64,000 nt of DNA from Candidatus Bathyarchaeota archaeon (GCA_013388905.1 JACAEI010000029.1:6773-70772), one strand, 5' to 3'; shown: positions 28,650 to 38,762, counted from the first letter of the stretch. A program made the numbers and translations. Notes: generated by a model from the sequence alone, not told the origin.

Positions 28650-29129
28650 TTACCTTTCCTTTTTCAAGTTTTCTTTCGCAGCTTCTAACGTTTTTCTAAT
28701 TCTCGTCCAGTGGGCGCCTTGCCAGTAGATTTGTCCACATTTTGGGCATTCCCAGAAATCCTCGTAATATGAAAATGTGTTTTTTTCCACTTTTTCTGCT
28801 GCATTTTCTTTTGGAATTGGCTTTACTATTACATTGCATTTTGTGCATCGAGATGTTGCCATTTCTATATCAAGTGATATTTTGAATCTTTTTGCAAGAT
28901 TTGCAAGCCTTTCCGCTTCTGTTTTTCCTTCTAAGTAAAAGGCGTTGACTTCTTTGGCTATAGCTTGTTGATAAAGCTCCAAATCTCTCGTGAGCAAGAT
29001 TCTTCGCTCTTTCTTAGCTATGGCGATTAGCTGTGCGTCATCCAATTTGCTTGAATATTTCACGTTGTACCCTAAAAGGCGAAGCCAACGTGTTAGTTTT
29101 CCAAGCATTCCATTAGCGATGAATTTCAA
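28650..29129 (-). CDS. Mut7-C / DUF82 PIN-like RNase domain protein with zinc ribbon
   Basis: MKFIANGMLGKLTRWLRLLGYNV N-terminus and C-terminal CTKCN...CPKCGQIYWQGAHW are typical of DUF82. Confidence 0.75.
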   Translation of the reverse strand: MKFIANGMLGKLTRWLRLLGYNVKYSSKLDDAQLIAIAKKERRILLTRDLELYQQAIAKEVNAFYLEGKTEAERLANLAKRFKISLDIEMATSRCTKCNVIVKPIPKENAAEKVEKNTFSYYEDFWECPKCGQIYWQGAHWTRIRKTLEAAKENLKKER

Positions 29130-30472
29130 GGCTGTTTTCTCCGAACAATTTTTCCGCAGCCTGCTTTAGCAACTATTTCGCCTTCATCCATGATTAATGT
29201 GCCATTAACAAATGTTTTAACTGGTTTTCCTTCAACTATCCACTGGTCGAAGGGTGAATACTTGGCTTTTGAATAGAATTTTGCTACGTCAATCTTATGT
29301 TTTCTTTTTAGGTCTACAACAGTTAAGTCTGCGTCATTTCCTTTTTTCAAAAAGCCTTTTCCTTTTAACTTGAAAAGTTCTGCTGGTTTTTCAGCCATAA
29401 GCTTTACAATGTCTCCTATTGATAAGCGTCCACGTTTAACTTCTGTAAGCAAAAGCGGAAGCGTCGTTTCCAAGTTTGGTATGCCCACTTTAACAGCCCA
29501 AATATTCTCTGCTTTCTTCTCTTCCGCTGTGTGAGGCGCATGGTCTGAACCAAAAATGTCAATCCAACCATCTTTGACTGCACGCCAAAGAGCTGTTACG
29601 TGATGTTTTTGTCGAAGAGGCGGCATAGTCAACGACAATGTTCCTTTACGCCTAAAATCTTCAACAGATAATAACAGATGATGCGGTGTCGCCTCACAAG
29701 TTATGGGCAATCCAGATTTTTTTCCATCAGTGACCGCATTCAATCCATTTTTTGTGCTTATGTGACAAAAATGTACCTGTGTGCAGGTCTGTTTAACAAT
29801 GTTTAGTATTCGTTTAACGGCTTTTGTTTCCACGTTTTCTGAATGAGCATCTAAAAAGGCTTCAATATCGTGGCGGTTTGCACGCTTAAGCTTCTCTTCA
29901 TTCCTTCTCAGCATTGGTCTGTCTTCTGCATGAACAGCAACTAAAGTCTTCAATTTACTGAGGATTCTAAATGCCTCCAAGATGGCGTTGTCGTCTTCTA
30001 TGTTTAACTTGCCAACTTGATTTGCCATGAACAGCTTAAAAGCTACAGAACCTTCCTTAACAATGTTAGCCACTTCTCGCATATTTTGGGGAAATTCAGA
30101 GTAAAAACCAACATTAACTAGAACCCTTTTTTCAGCTTTCTTCATCCGATTTCTAAGCACTTCTGCACTCATTGTAACTGGTTCATTGTTTGGCATGTCC
30201 AAAACAGTGGTTATTACGCCTGCAGCGGCTGCAGCAGTTCCGCTAGTAAAGTCTTCTTTGTAGGCTTTTCCTTCATCTCGCAAATGTACATGAGCATCTA
30301 TTAAACCCGGTAAGACCAATAAATTATTTAAATCGAGTTTTGTTTCGGCTCTTGGCATAGTAGCTTCTTTGCCGATTTTGAAAATCTTGCCATTGTCTAC
30401 GGCTAAGTTACAGCCCACTATTTCTCTGTTTACATACGCTCTCATATTAGTTAGGATTAAGTCTACAATCAA
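29126..30472 (-). CDS. pyrC: dihydroorotase / cyclic amidohydrolase family
   Basis: PGLIDAHVHLRD, the carboxylated-Lys region AFKLFM, HAED and GSDHAPH motifs. Allantoinase or hydantoinase cannot be excluded. Confidence 0.75.
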   Translation of the reverse strand: MIVDLILTNMRAYVNREIVGCNLAVDNGKIFKIGKEATMPRAETKLDLNNLLVLPGLIDAHVHLRDEGKAYKEDFTSGTAAAAAGVITTVLDMPNNEPVTMSAEVLRNRMKKAEKRVLVNVGFYSEFPQNMREVANIVKEGSVAFKLFMANQVGKLNIEDDNAILEAFRILSKLKTLVAVHAEDRPMLRRNEEKLKRANRHDIEAFLDAHSENVETKAVKRILNIVKQTCTQVHFCHISTKNGLNAVTDGKKSGLPITCEATPHHLLLSVEDFRRKGTLSLTMPPLRQKHHVTALWRAVKDGWIDIFGSDHAPHTAEEKKAENIWAVKVGIPNLETTLPLLLTEVKRGRLSIGDIVKLMAEKPAELFKLKGKGFLKKGNDADLTVVDLKRKHKIDVAKFYSKAKYSPFDQWIVEGKPVKTFVNGTLIMDEGEIVAKAGCGKIVRRKQP

Positions 30473-30581
30473 GTTAGCCGCTCTCTTACTGTTAAAATAA
30501 AGTAGTAGGAGCCGAATGTTAAAAGTTTATTCCATCCTATGGCAATGGCAACATGACCACTGCGAAATCAAATGCGAGAAT

Positions 30582-31484
30582 TTAGTTAAGAGATTTGTTT
30601 GAGCATATCAGGTAATCAGTGACACCGACACGTTGACACGTGAAACCAAACGAAGTCAGCATTTCAACAATTTTTTCTCTCTCTGTGGATGCTTCAAGCA
30701 CGACGTTAGCTGTTTTAGGCAGAGTCTTACGGAGACCGCGCAGCACATACAGTTCAGCTCCTTCCACGTCAATTTTTATTATTTTCACAAGTGAATAAGG
30801 TTCGAGCACTTCGTCCATGGGAACACCTGCCACTTGGAACATGGATTTAGCCTCGGTATAGTTTATCACTCCAGAGGCTAATCCAAAAAATCCTTGCGGC
30901 ATTTCAATCAGGAGCTTTTCCTTTTTGTTCCATGCAGCTTTGTCTATTACCTTTATGTTTCTGGCATTGTTCAGTTTCAGATTGAGTCTAAGGACTTTCA
31001 CTGTTTCAGGTACTGGCTCTACAGCAATCACTGTGCCAGTAGCTCCAACAAGCAAACTTCCAAGAAGCGCATAGTATCCAATATTTGCACCAACGTCCAC
31101 AAAAATGTCACCTTTTTTCAGATTAGCACGCACAAAATTGGTTACAATTCTTTCCCTCTTAGGTGACGCATAATACAAGTCTTCTGTGCCTCCTCGTGCA
31201 AAAACTTTGAATCCAAATGGTCTTATTTGGTAAAAGCCTGACTTGCGAAATGTTGGGTTTGTTAGTTTCTTGTTAACAAACAAGCCTTGAACATCAAAGA
31301 ATGCTGATGTGTAAAGATTTAAGATGCTGCCTTTGTCCAGACCCCGGCAGGCTCTTACAAGTTTATACCAGAAGATAATTCTGCGTATTGCAATTTTGAA
31401 TAACGAACCCCTTAGGGGGAAGCTCGATTTTTGGGGCCGAAGAAGTTTAGATTTGTCTTCCGAATAGATGCTTGATTGCGGCAT
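30582..31484 (-). CDS. FkbM-family SAM-dependent methyltransferase
   Basis: FVDVGANIGYY glycine-rich SAM motif and IKIDVEGAE motif typical of FkbM methyltransferases. Confidence 0.7.
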   Translation of the reverse strand: MPQSSIYSEDKSKLLRPQKSSFPLRGSLFKIAIRRIIFWYKLVRACRGLDKGSILNLYTSAFFDVQGLFVNKKLTNPTFRKSGFYQIRPFGFKVFARGGTEDLYYASPKRERIVTNFVRANLKKGDIFVDVGANIGYYALLGSLLVGATGTVIAVEPVPETVKVLRLNLKLNNARNIKVIDKAAWNKKEKLLIEMPQGFFGLASGVINYTEAKSMFQVAGVPMDEVLEPYSLVKIIKIDVEGAELYVLRGLRKTLPKTANVVLEASTEREKIVEMLTSFGFTCQRVGVTDYLICSNKSLN

Positions 31485-31653
31485 TTTGCTCCCTAAAACT
31501 TAGAGGCAGATTGGTTCGAGACTTGAAAAAGTCGCTTGCTTTTGTGGAATCCGCTCTTGTGATAGCCAATTTTTAATCAAGTTGGTTTTCACGCATGTTC
31601 ACTGGTATGTTGACCATGTTGATTGCATATATAATCTTTACTAAGTGGATACG

Positions 31654-32577
31654 TTATTCTATTATTTTGAAGAAATCTCTTTCTGTTACTATTCCAACAA
31701 GCTTTTCTTTTTCAACTACAGGTATGGCGCCTATGTTTTTGTCGCGCATTATTTTTGCTGCCTTTCCAACGTTGGCGTTTGGTTCAATAGTTGAAATTTC
31801 CTTTGTTGCTATCTGAAGCGCAGGCGTGTTCAGAATTTGTATTATGGTTCCAGATCTCAAATGTTTGAAGACTTCGCCAGAGCCGAAAAATCGTATAATG
31901 TCCATGGTGGTTATTATGGCCATTACCTTGCCATCTGAAACAATTGGCAGTCGTCTGAAGCCATGTGTTGCCATTGTTTTTTCCACTTCGAATATTGTTG
32001 TTTTTGGTAGCGCTGTGAGTACTTTTTCTGACATTATTTGGGAGACTCTGATGTCACTTATTCTGTCAGCAAATAGGCTTGCAATGTCCCTCTCGGTGAT
32101 TATTGCTCTAACGCTGTTTTCATCGTCGACAACTGGCAAGCCGCCGAGGTTCTTCTCTTTCATTAGCTCGATTGCTTCGCTTATTTTTGCAGAAATCTTG
32201 ACCGAAACAACATTTTTGGTCATTATAATGCCAATAGACTGGTTTAAGGCTTTGAAAAAGTTCCCACCAAATCTCTGTTCAATTATCTCAAATTTCTTTC
32301 CGCCACCGAGATAATCTACAATGTCTGTGGCAGTTATGATTCCTTCTAAGGCTTTTGTTCCAGGATTGGCTATGGGTATTCGGCGAAAACCTTCCTTTGC
32401 CATTTTTTGAATTGCGTCATAAATTGGGGTTGTAGAGGCTACTGTCACGACTGGACTTTTTGCAACTTGAATTATTTCACCTGCGTGGCTTCTTGAAGGA
32501 GGCTTTTTTGAGGAGGGCTTACTTTTCTCTTTCAACGTCCTTCTAAAAGTTTCTCTGCTCAACCCATTCCCTCTCAT
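31654..32577 (-). CDS. CBS-domain protein (four CBS repeats, basic N-terminal tail)
   Basis: Repeated CBS signatures (GFRRIPI, GGLPVVD, GFRRLPIV, GAIPVVE...GIVTERD). Confidence 0.8.
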   Translation of the reverse strand: MRGNGLSRETFRRTLKEKSKPSSKKPPSRSHAGEIIQVAKSPVVTVASTTPIYDAIQKMAKEGFRRIPIANPGTKALEGIITATDIVDYLGGGKKFEIIEQRFGGNFFKALNQSIGIIMTKNVVSVKISAKISEAIELMKEKNLGGLPVVDDENSVRAIITERDIASLFADRISDIRVSQIMSEKVLTALPKTTIFEVEKTMATHGFRRLPIVSDGKVMAIITTMDIIRFFGSGEVFKHLRSGTIIQILNTPALQIATKEISTIEPNANVGKAAKIMRDKNIGAIPVVEKEKLVGIVTERDFFKIIE

Positions 32578-33359
32578 TTAATAAGCAATCGCGCGACATC
32601 TTCGCGGTCAACTATACCTATTAATTTGCCGTCTTCGTCTATTACAGGAACCCTTCCTATATTCTTTGAAACCATAAGTTTGGCAACTTTGATTATTTTC
32701 ACGGGAAGTTTCACAGCTAAAGTATTTGTTTCCATAACAGAAAGAATTTTAGAAGAATCTCTGAAACGCCCTTTTGACGATTCAAATGTCGGCATAATTG
32801 CACCGCTTTCGAGAAGGTCTTTTTGAGTAACAATACCTACTAGCTTACCATTCTTGGTAACTGGCAAGCCTGCAAGACGTCTTTCGCGCATTAACCGCCA
32901 AATGTTGTCAACTTCATCGTCTGGCGAGCAGGACAAAACATTCTTTGTCATGACTTCAGAAACTTCTTTCAAGAATTTTTCCGGGTTTGTTTTTATCAAT
33001 TGTTCAATAAAGTGTTCTAGACCTAAAACGCCCGTGTAAATTTTTTCGTTGCTATTTGATACAACAGGCGCATACCATACGTCTGCTTGAAGCATCTGTT
33101 TGATTGTTGAATAGACTTCGTCCTCAACTGTTGCTATGTGCTTTACAGGGGTCATTATTCCTTCTACTCTGATTGGCGAGACGGAAGAGGAAACAGCCAT
33201 TACGTCTCGGCGAGAAACTTTGCCCAAAAGTTTTACGTTTTCATCTGTTACCGGGAGAATTCGTAGGCCTAGGTTGCGTATTAAGGCGCGGGCTTTCGTG
33301 GCCAGCTCGTGTTTTTGAATGGAAGGATGTTTCGTATCCATGATTTCTTTAACACGCAA
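32574..33359 (-). CDS. CBS-domain protein (four CBS repeats)
   Basis: Repeated CBS signatures (LRILPVTD, LAGLPVTKNGKLVGIVTQKD, GRVPVIDEDGKLIGIVDRED). 4-nt overlap with the downstream CBS gene. Confidence 0.8.
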   Translation of the reverse strand: MRVKEIMDTKHPSIQKHELATKARALIRNLGLRILPVTDENVKLLGKVSRRDVMAVSSSVSPIRVEGIMTPVKHIATVEDEVYSTIKQMLQADVWYAPVVSNSNEKIYTGVLGLEHFIEQLIKTNPEKFLKEVSEVMTKNVLSCSPDDEVDNIWRLMRERRLAGLPVTKNGKLVGIVTQKDLLESGAIMPTFESSKGRFRDSSKILSVMETNTLAVKLPVKIIKVAKLMVSKNIGRVPVIDEDGKLIGIVDREDVARLLIK

Positions 33360-33371
33360 TGAATCGCCCTC

Positions 33372-33986
33372 TCATTCTTCCTCGCTTTCGCTTAACATCT
33401 CAGCTCTGCAATCTTCGCAGAGAAATTCACCGTTAACTTCTTTTAGGCTGTCAGACCATACTCCGCAGTGGTCGCAATAACCTGCGAGAGGTTTCTCTTC
33501 TTCTACCATTTCTTCTTGAGCTCTGTTTTCACCTTCCATAAGCGCCCTTTCTTGAATGGTCTCTAAGAGTTCTGGCATGACCGCAAGAATATCTTTACTT
33601 GAAAGTAAGCCGACAAGCTGTCCCTTGTACATAACGCCTAATCTTCTTATGTTTAGTCTGCTCATTGTTCTGGCGGCTTTGCTTATTGTTTCGTCTGCTT
33701 CTATCGTGATTAGCGGTGCTGTCATAACTTCCTCGGCGTTAACAGCGTCTGGTCTAACGTTTTTTGCTAGAACTCTTTCAACTAAGTCTCTTTCCGTTAT
33801 TATTCCGAGAGGTTTTGTATTTTTGCTTGTTACTATTATGCAGCCCAATCCGTGCTTGCCCATGAGTTCTGCAACTTCGTTTGCTGGTGCATCTTCTTTG
33901 ATGGTTATAACTGGGCTGCTCATAACGTCTTTAACTAGTAGTCTTGATGATCTTAGTCCTATGTCCGACATTGTTTTCAGCCACAC
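33372..33986 (-). CDS. CBS-pair protein with C-terminal zinc ribbon
   Basis: Two CBS repeats (GLGCIIVT...GIITERD, IRRLGVMYKGQLVGLLSSKD), then an acidic linker and CDHCG...CEDC. Confidence 0.8.
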   Translation of the reverse strand: MWLKTMSDIGLRSSRLLVKDVMSSPVITIKEDAPANEVAELMGKHGLGCIIVTSKNTKPLGIITERDLVERVLAKNVRPDAVNAEEVMTAPLITIEADETISKAARTMSRLNIRRLGVMYKGQLVGLLSSKDILAVMPELLETIQERALMEGENRAQEEMVEEEKPLAGYCDHCGVWSDSLKEVNGEFLCEDCRAEMLSESEEE

Positions 33987-34151
33987 GCTAATTGCCTTAT
34001 AGAGACTTTAACTTCATTCAACTCAAAATAATAATCCCACATTTAAAACTTGTTATAACCTGCGCTGAGACAAGGTCTGTGATGAAAAATAAGTGAAATC
34101 TTATTAAGTCTCTCAATTTTAAGCATATAATTCCAAGCGAGGAACTGTCAG

Positions 34152-35042
34152 ATGTTAAAGACAAACGTAGATAAATTAATAAAAATATCAGTTGTCGGCG
34201 AAGTCGCAAGTCCAGTCTTTGGAAGAAGCGTATACAACATTTCTGCCGAGGGTGCGCCTATGGTTTTGCCAGGAGTAGGCGGAATCACCTACAACTTAAG
34301 GGTTGGTGACCTAGCATGTGGATGGGAAGCAGATCATGTTGAGCCAGGTGTAAGCTTAGAAAACAAGGAGAACGACCCCCGTTTCGCACAAGGCGCAAAC
34401 ACAGCCTTAAACGTGCTTTCATGCGTAGGCAATGAAGCTGTTGTCGTTGCTGGAGATGCAAAGGGAGCAAAAGGGGTTGTAACTGGAAAGCACGGCGGCA
34501 TAGAACATGTGCTCGTGGATTTTCCAAATGAAACTCTTGAGAAGCTTATGCTAGGCGACAAGGTGCTTGTGAAAGCCTTCGGCGTTGGATTGAAGCTCTT
34601 GGATTATCCAGAGATAAAAGTTATGAACCTTGATCCGCGGTTTCTTGAAGCTTTGAATTCTAAGACTAAAGGTGATAAACTGGAGGTTCCAGTTACGCAT
34701 GTGATCCCGGCGGCGATTATGGGCTCGGGTTTAGGAGCAAACCAAACATATTCTGGTGATTATGATATTCAGCTTTTTGATGAGAGCACTCGCAAAGAAT
34801 ATGGGCTTGATGATTTGAGGCTAGGCGATTTAGTGGCGATTCTTGATGCAGACCATTCTTATGGGCGGATTTACCGTAAAGGTGCTGTCTCCATAGGCAT
34901 TGTGGTTCACACTAACTGTATAACGTCTGGGCATGGTCCAGGAGTTACAACTCTATTCACGTCTCATAATGGAAAAATCATTCCGAAGATTAACGTAAAA
35001 GCAAACATTGCTTCCATCCTGAAATTGAGGACAGATATATAA
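34152..35042 (+). CDS. conserved hypothetical protein (possibly DUF4438 family)
   Basis: 296-aa soluble protein. The family assignment is from memory only and is weak. Confidence 0.4.
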   Translation: MLKTNVDKLIKISVVGEVASPVFGRSVYNISAEGAPMVLPGVGGITYNLRVGDLACGWEADHVEPGVSLENKENDPRFAQGANTALNVLSCVGNEAVVVAGDAKGAKGVVTGKHGGIEHVLVDFPNETLEKLMLGDKVLVKAFGVGLKLLDYPEIKVMNLDPRFLEALNSKTKGDKLEVPVTHVIPAAIMGSGLGANQTYSGDYDIQLFDESTRKEYGLDDLRLGDLVAILDADHSYGRIYRKGAVSIGIVVHTNCITSGHGPGVTTLFTSHNGKIIPKINVKANIASILKLRTDI

Positions 35043-35084
35043 GGATGCGTTTGCAGTATTTGATGATGAAAGAGGTTAACGGTA

Positions 35085-35375
35085 TTGCCGTTTAAGCGAA
35101 AAAGTCGGGGAAGGTCTAAGGGCAGTAAGGGCATGAGCGGACCGGTTCAATGTGCCATGTGTGGACAAGTAGTGCCGCGTGATAAAGCTAAAAAGGTTAC
35201 TACTAGGCGGTCTCTTGTTGATCCACAATTAGCTAAGGAGCTTCGCCAGAAAGGCACGTATTTGGCTTCTTGGGTTGACACGAAATACTATTGTGTTTCA
35301 TGTGCTGTGCACCGTGGCATCGTGAAGGTTAGAGCCCGAGACGAAAGGCGCATGCGTCCGAGACGAAGATTTTAG
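35085..35375 (+). CDS. rps26e: 30S ribosomal protein S26e
   Basis: MPFKRKSRGRSKGSKG...VQCAMCGQVVPRDKA...YYCVSCAVHRGIV is the S26e pattern. TTG start with GAGGT SD. Confidence 0.9.
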   Translation: MPFKRKSRGRSKGSKGMSGPVQCAMCGQVVPRDKAKKVTTRRSLVDPQLAKELRQKGTYLASWVDTKYYCVSCAVHRGIVKVRARDERRMRPRRRF

Positions 35376-35995
35376 CCTTTTTCAGCCAAACTTCCTGTTT
35401 TCTCTAGTTTTCTGTACACGTGTATGCTTCGTTGCAGTATAGTTAGGTTTGAGAGTATTGCAAGTAAGATTATACCCGCATTCATAGCGGTTTGTGGCTG
35501 CCAAAAATATGCGGCTAGGCTTGCAATGGCAAGTATAATTATGCGTTCTGCACGTTCCGCTAAGCCTATGGATTCCATTTTTAGGTTTGCGGCTTCGGCT
35601 CTGGCTCGGCTGTAGCTTACGAGTAAAGAGCCTATTAGGGCTATTAAGCCCCATAGAACATTACATAGTCCGCCTATTATTATACCCACATACACCGCTG
35701 CGTCTGCATATCTATCCAGCATAGAATCTAAGAAACCGCCGAAAACTGTTGCCTCTTTGTAGAGCCTAGCTAATACGCCGTCTATGGCATCGCAAAATCC
35801 TGAAAACAAAAGAAGGACAGTTGCAAGTAGAAGATTAAAAGCAGTAAGTTGCCAGTTCGCATAAGCTAGGGCTGAGAGAAAAGCCAGAATTATGCCTATG
35901 ATGCTTATGGCGTTTGGCGTTAATCCTATTCTGTAAGCTACTCGCGCTTCGGCTGTGAGCATCTTTTGAACTTTTTCTTTCAGTTTTGTTAGCAT
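35372..35995 (-). CDS. CDP-alcohol phosphatidyltransferase (archaetidylinositol-phosphate synthase-like)
   Basis: DAIDGVLAR...GGFLDSMLDRYAD matches the D-x2-DG-x2-AR...G-x3-D-x3-D motif. Multiple TM helices. Confidence 0.85.
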   Translation of the reverse strand: MLTKLKEKVQKMLTAEARVAYRIGLTPNAISIIGIILAFLSALAYANWQLTAFNLLLATVLLLFSGFCDAIDGVLARLYKEATVFGGFLDSMLDRYADAAVYVGIIIGGLCNVLWGLIALIGSLLVSYSRARAEAANLKMESIGLAERAERIIILAIASLAAYFWQPQTAMNAGIILLAILSNLTILQRSIHVYRKLEKTGSLAEKG

Positions 35996-36080
35996 GGATG
36001 TTTCGTCTCATTTTCTATATTCACAATTCTTATTTAAGTTGACTATGCAAAGATAATTCCGCTAGTTGAGGTGTTTCGGC

Positions 36081-36374
36081 ATGATTGATATATCATCTTT
36101 GAAAGTTGATGGCAAAACTTGTTTGGGAGTGAAGGTTGAGCTTCCGGATTCGCCGCCGCTTCTGCTGATTATCGCTGAAAAAGGATTTGTCATGTGCGGG
36201 TTTTTAAATGTGGAAGCTGCTGAAAGGCTCGGCGTGGCGGCTGCAATGGTCAGTGGAGTAAAGACATTTGAGGATGTACTTAATGCACAGGTTAAAGCAG
36301 TGACGGATAAAGCGAAAAGTCTTAGCGTTGAAGTAGGAATTAAAGGCTTAGAAGCCTTAAAATGCATGTCCTAA
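36081..36374 (+). CDS. DUF1805 (YunC-like) domain protein
   Basis: PLLLIIAEKGFVMCGFLNVEAAERLGVAAAMVSGVKTFEDVL pattern. ATG at 36081 lies 7 nt after GAGGTG. Confidence 0.6.
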   Translation: MIDISSLKVDGKTCLGVKVELPDSPPLLLIIAEKGFVMCGFLNVEAAERLGVAAAMVSGVKTFEDVLNAQVKAVTDKAKSLSVEVGIKGLEALKCMS

Positions 36375-36469
36375 GAAGTAGCTCTCTCGGAGACTAGCCC
36401 CTCCCTTATAAATAGATTGAACTCTTAATTCATTCAGCTAGGAAAGCACATACAGAATTAGGTTGGTAT

Positions 36470-37075
36470 GTGACATTGTCTATAAAGGAGCGTTTGGATG
36501 CCGTCGCTGCAGAGATTGTAGTTTGTCCAAAATGTAGGCTTTCAAAAACTCGCAAAAACGCTGTTCCAGGTGAAGGCAACCCAGAAAGCCTAATAGTGTT
36601 TATCGGTGAAGCACCCGGCTACTGGGAAGATGTAAAGGGCAAGCCCTTTGTTGGCGCCGCTGGAAAGTTTCTCACAATTTTAATTGGTGAAATTGGTTTT
36701 TCCAGAAGTGATGTTTTCATCACTAACATCGTGAAGTGTAGACCACCGCGAAATCGTGAACCTTTACCAGACGAGATTGAAACTTGTACACCCTATCTGA
36801 ACAGGCAATTTAAGCTGATTCAGCCAAAGATCATTGTCACGCTTGGAAATAATTCAACAGCTTATGTTTTTTCCAAGGCTAATCTATTCTTTAGTGGCAT
36901 AACGCAGGCACGTGGAAAATTCTACGAGACATCCATCTTAGGCATGAACATAGTGATTTTTCCAACATTTCATCCAGCAGCAGCCCTTTACAGCGCAAAA
37001 TATAAAGAACAAATAACAAGGGATTTTCAGCTTCTAAGAGGTGAACTCGCAAAAAGAGAAATTGTTAAGTCCTAA
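36470..37075 (+). CDS. udg: uracil-DNA glycosylase, family 4
   Basis: CPKC...GEGNPESLIVFIGEAPGYWED and FHPAA motifs. Confidence 0.9.
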   Translation: MTLSIKERLDAVAAEIVVCPKCRLSKTRKNAVPGEGNPESLIVFIGEAPGYWEDVKGKPFVGAAGKFLTILIGEIGFSRSDVFITNIVKCRPPRNREPLPDEIETCTPYLNRQFKLIQPKIIVTLGNNSTAYVFSKANLFFSGITQARGKFYETSILGMNIVIFPTFHPAAALYSAKYKEQITRDFQLLRGELAKREIVKS

Positions 37076-37982
37076 TTTTCTTAGCAGATTTTATGGCTTT
37101 AAGGAGTTCTCTAGCGTTCTCATAGGTTTTGCTGGGCAAATCACTCAAAAACGCATCAAGCCTAACCTGTTTTCCTTTAGCAGTTTCCACAAGTCTCCAG
37201 CCAACCTTTTTAACCAGCATACTTTTGGAAGTTGGATACCGCGTTTTCTCCACAACTTCCTTTATAGAAGCTAATCCACTTGCGCTTGTTAGTTTTGGAA
37301 AGATTCCCTTCGACAAGTATTCAGCAAAACGCTTTGCATCTTCAAACATAGAAAGATTGTTAAAGAGAATATACACTGTCTTTCCAGCTTCTTCATATGG
37401 CATAACAAGCTTTTTCAACCTCTGCAGTTCCACATTACTATATTGATAATAGTACATTTGTTTGCCTAAACCATGGAGACGAAAATAGGCTATTTCGCCA
37501 GTATATGCTGGCAAAATTCTAAACGGGTCGGTAACATGCGTGACATCCAACTCGCCTAATACACGTTCAAGCTTTCTGCAAGCCTCTGATGCTTCCCAAG
37601 CTGGTCCGCGAGCCTCCCAAACCAGAATCAAACCTTCTCGATTCACTTTTCTGAAAAAATCTTCTACATCGTTAAGTCTATCGGGACCAAATGAGCCTGG
37701 CGTTTGGATAAGCAATATCCTCGAGTTTAATGTCTTGCAGATTTGCTTCATACGTGCAAATGCTTGAAGATTTACATCGTTAGTTTTCATCTTTGCCTTG
37801 TGGCTAATGTCCTGATGTGCTTTAACAGTGAACTCGAAGTTTTCTGGAGCTTTCATGCGCCAGCCTTCAACAGTTTCGAAACGTGGATACTGATAAAAAG
37901 TGCTGTTCAATTCCACTAGGCTAAAATTCTCGAAATATTTTTGCATGGATGTTGGAAAGCCGCAACATCCAACCCTAATCAT
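37065..37982 (-). CDS. DUF72 (UPF0759) family protein with about 70-aa C-terminal extension
   Basis: MIRVGCCGFP...STFY N-terminus typical of DUF72. 11-nt convergent overlap with udg. Confidence 0.75.
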   Translation of the reverse strand: MIRVGCCGFPTSMQKYFENFSLVELNSTFYQYPRFETVEGWRMKAPENFEFTVKAHQDISHKAKMKTNDVNLQAFARMKQICKTLNSRILLIQTPGSFGPDRLNDVEDFFRKVNREGLILVWEARGPAWEASEACRKLERVLGELDVTHVTDPFRILPAYTGEIAYFRLHGLGKQMYYYQYSNVELQRLKKLVMPYEEAGKTVYILFNNLSMFEDAKRFAEYLSKGIFPKLTSASGLASIKEVVEKTRYPTSKSMLVKKVGWRLVETAKGKQVRLDAFLSDLPSKTYENARELLKAIKSAKKIRT

Positions 37983-37994
37983 TCTAGCCGCCTA

Positions 37995-38762
37995 TTATGC
38001 GCTTATTTTCGGGGGTGGTCGAACCGGTCTGCCAAGTTTTCTGCGCAAAGCAATGCGATAAAGTTTTCTTAAAGACTTAACCAGCTGCTCGAGGCTGGGC
38101 ATGCTGGAGTATATGAGAGGGATGCGATCGTATTCCGCCAACCTAATCGAATACTCGTCTGGCTTAGCGCCATGAAAAACCACCACTCGAGGTTTTAGAC
38201 TGTTTATGCGCACAATCATCATTGGTGAGTTCTCATTCTTTATATTGGTGAAAATCAACGCCCGCTCGGTTGTAGCGCCAAAAAGCTGAGAATACTCTAA
38301 CCCAGAAAAAGTTTCAACAGCCTTTGTTGCATCTGCAATAGTATAGCCATAAACCTCCTTAACATAAGTGCTTGAACACGCTACAATTTCGCCTCTAATG
38401 GCTTTGCACAAATACTCCACACGAACAGGGATTGGAAACTCGCGAAGATCCACAACAGCAGTGCTCGGCGAACTCGTCAGCTTTGCGAATTCTCGGATAA
38501 AGCGACTTCCGCGTTCTTCATCAATTTTCAACAAAGCCCACACAAACCTGCGCACAAATCTTGTTCCCGGGCTTTGCCTCCTCCCACTTTCGTAGTCGCT
38601 TATAACGGATGACGAAACTATCATCTTATCAGAGAGGTTTGTCTGCGAAACGGCAAAAAGTTCACGCCACTTTCGCATTGTCGCTCCCGGCTTACTTGAA
38701 AGAATTATCTCACCAGCAATTCTTCTCGCCAGAACTTCACGCACACTTGGAGACACAGACAT
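37995..38762 (-). CDS. XRE-type HTH transcriptional regulator (COG1395-like)
   Basis: HTH region WRELFAVSQTNLSDKMIVSSSVISDYESGRR followed by a conserved C-terminal domain. Confidence 0.6.
   Translation of the reverse strand: MSVSPSVREVLARRIAGEIILSSKPGATMRKWRELFAVSQTNLSDKMIVSSSVISDYESGRRQSPGTRFVRRFVWALLKIDEERGSRFIREFAKLTSSPSTAVVDLREFPIPVRVEYLCKAIRGEIVACSSTYVKEVYGYTIADATKAVETFSGLEYSQLFGATTERALIFTNIKNENSPMMIVRINSLKPRVVVFHGAKPDEYSIRLAEYDRIPLIYSSMPSLEQLVKSLRKLYRIALRRKLGRPVRPPPKISA

Noticed and set aside
31826-34002. Several 60-160-aa plus-strand ORFs (31826-32314, 32626-32826, 33556-34002 and others)
   Set aside because: All are antisense to the three CBS-domain genes. Their hydrophobic, Ser-rich composition is typical of shadow frames.
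34070-34150. TGATGA motif (about 34078) as a second box C/D sRNA
   Set aside because: There is no CUGA D box or terminal stem at a suitable distance on either strand.
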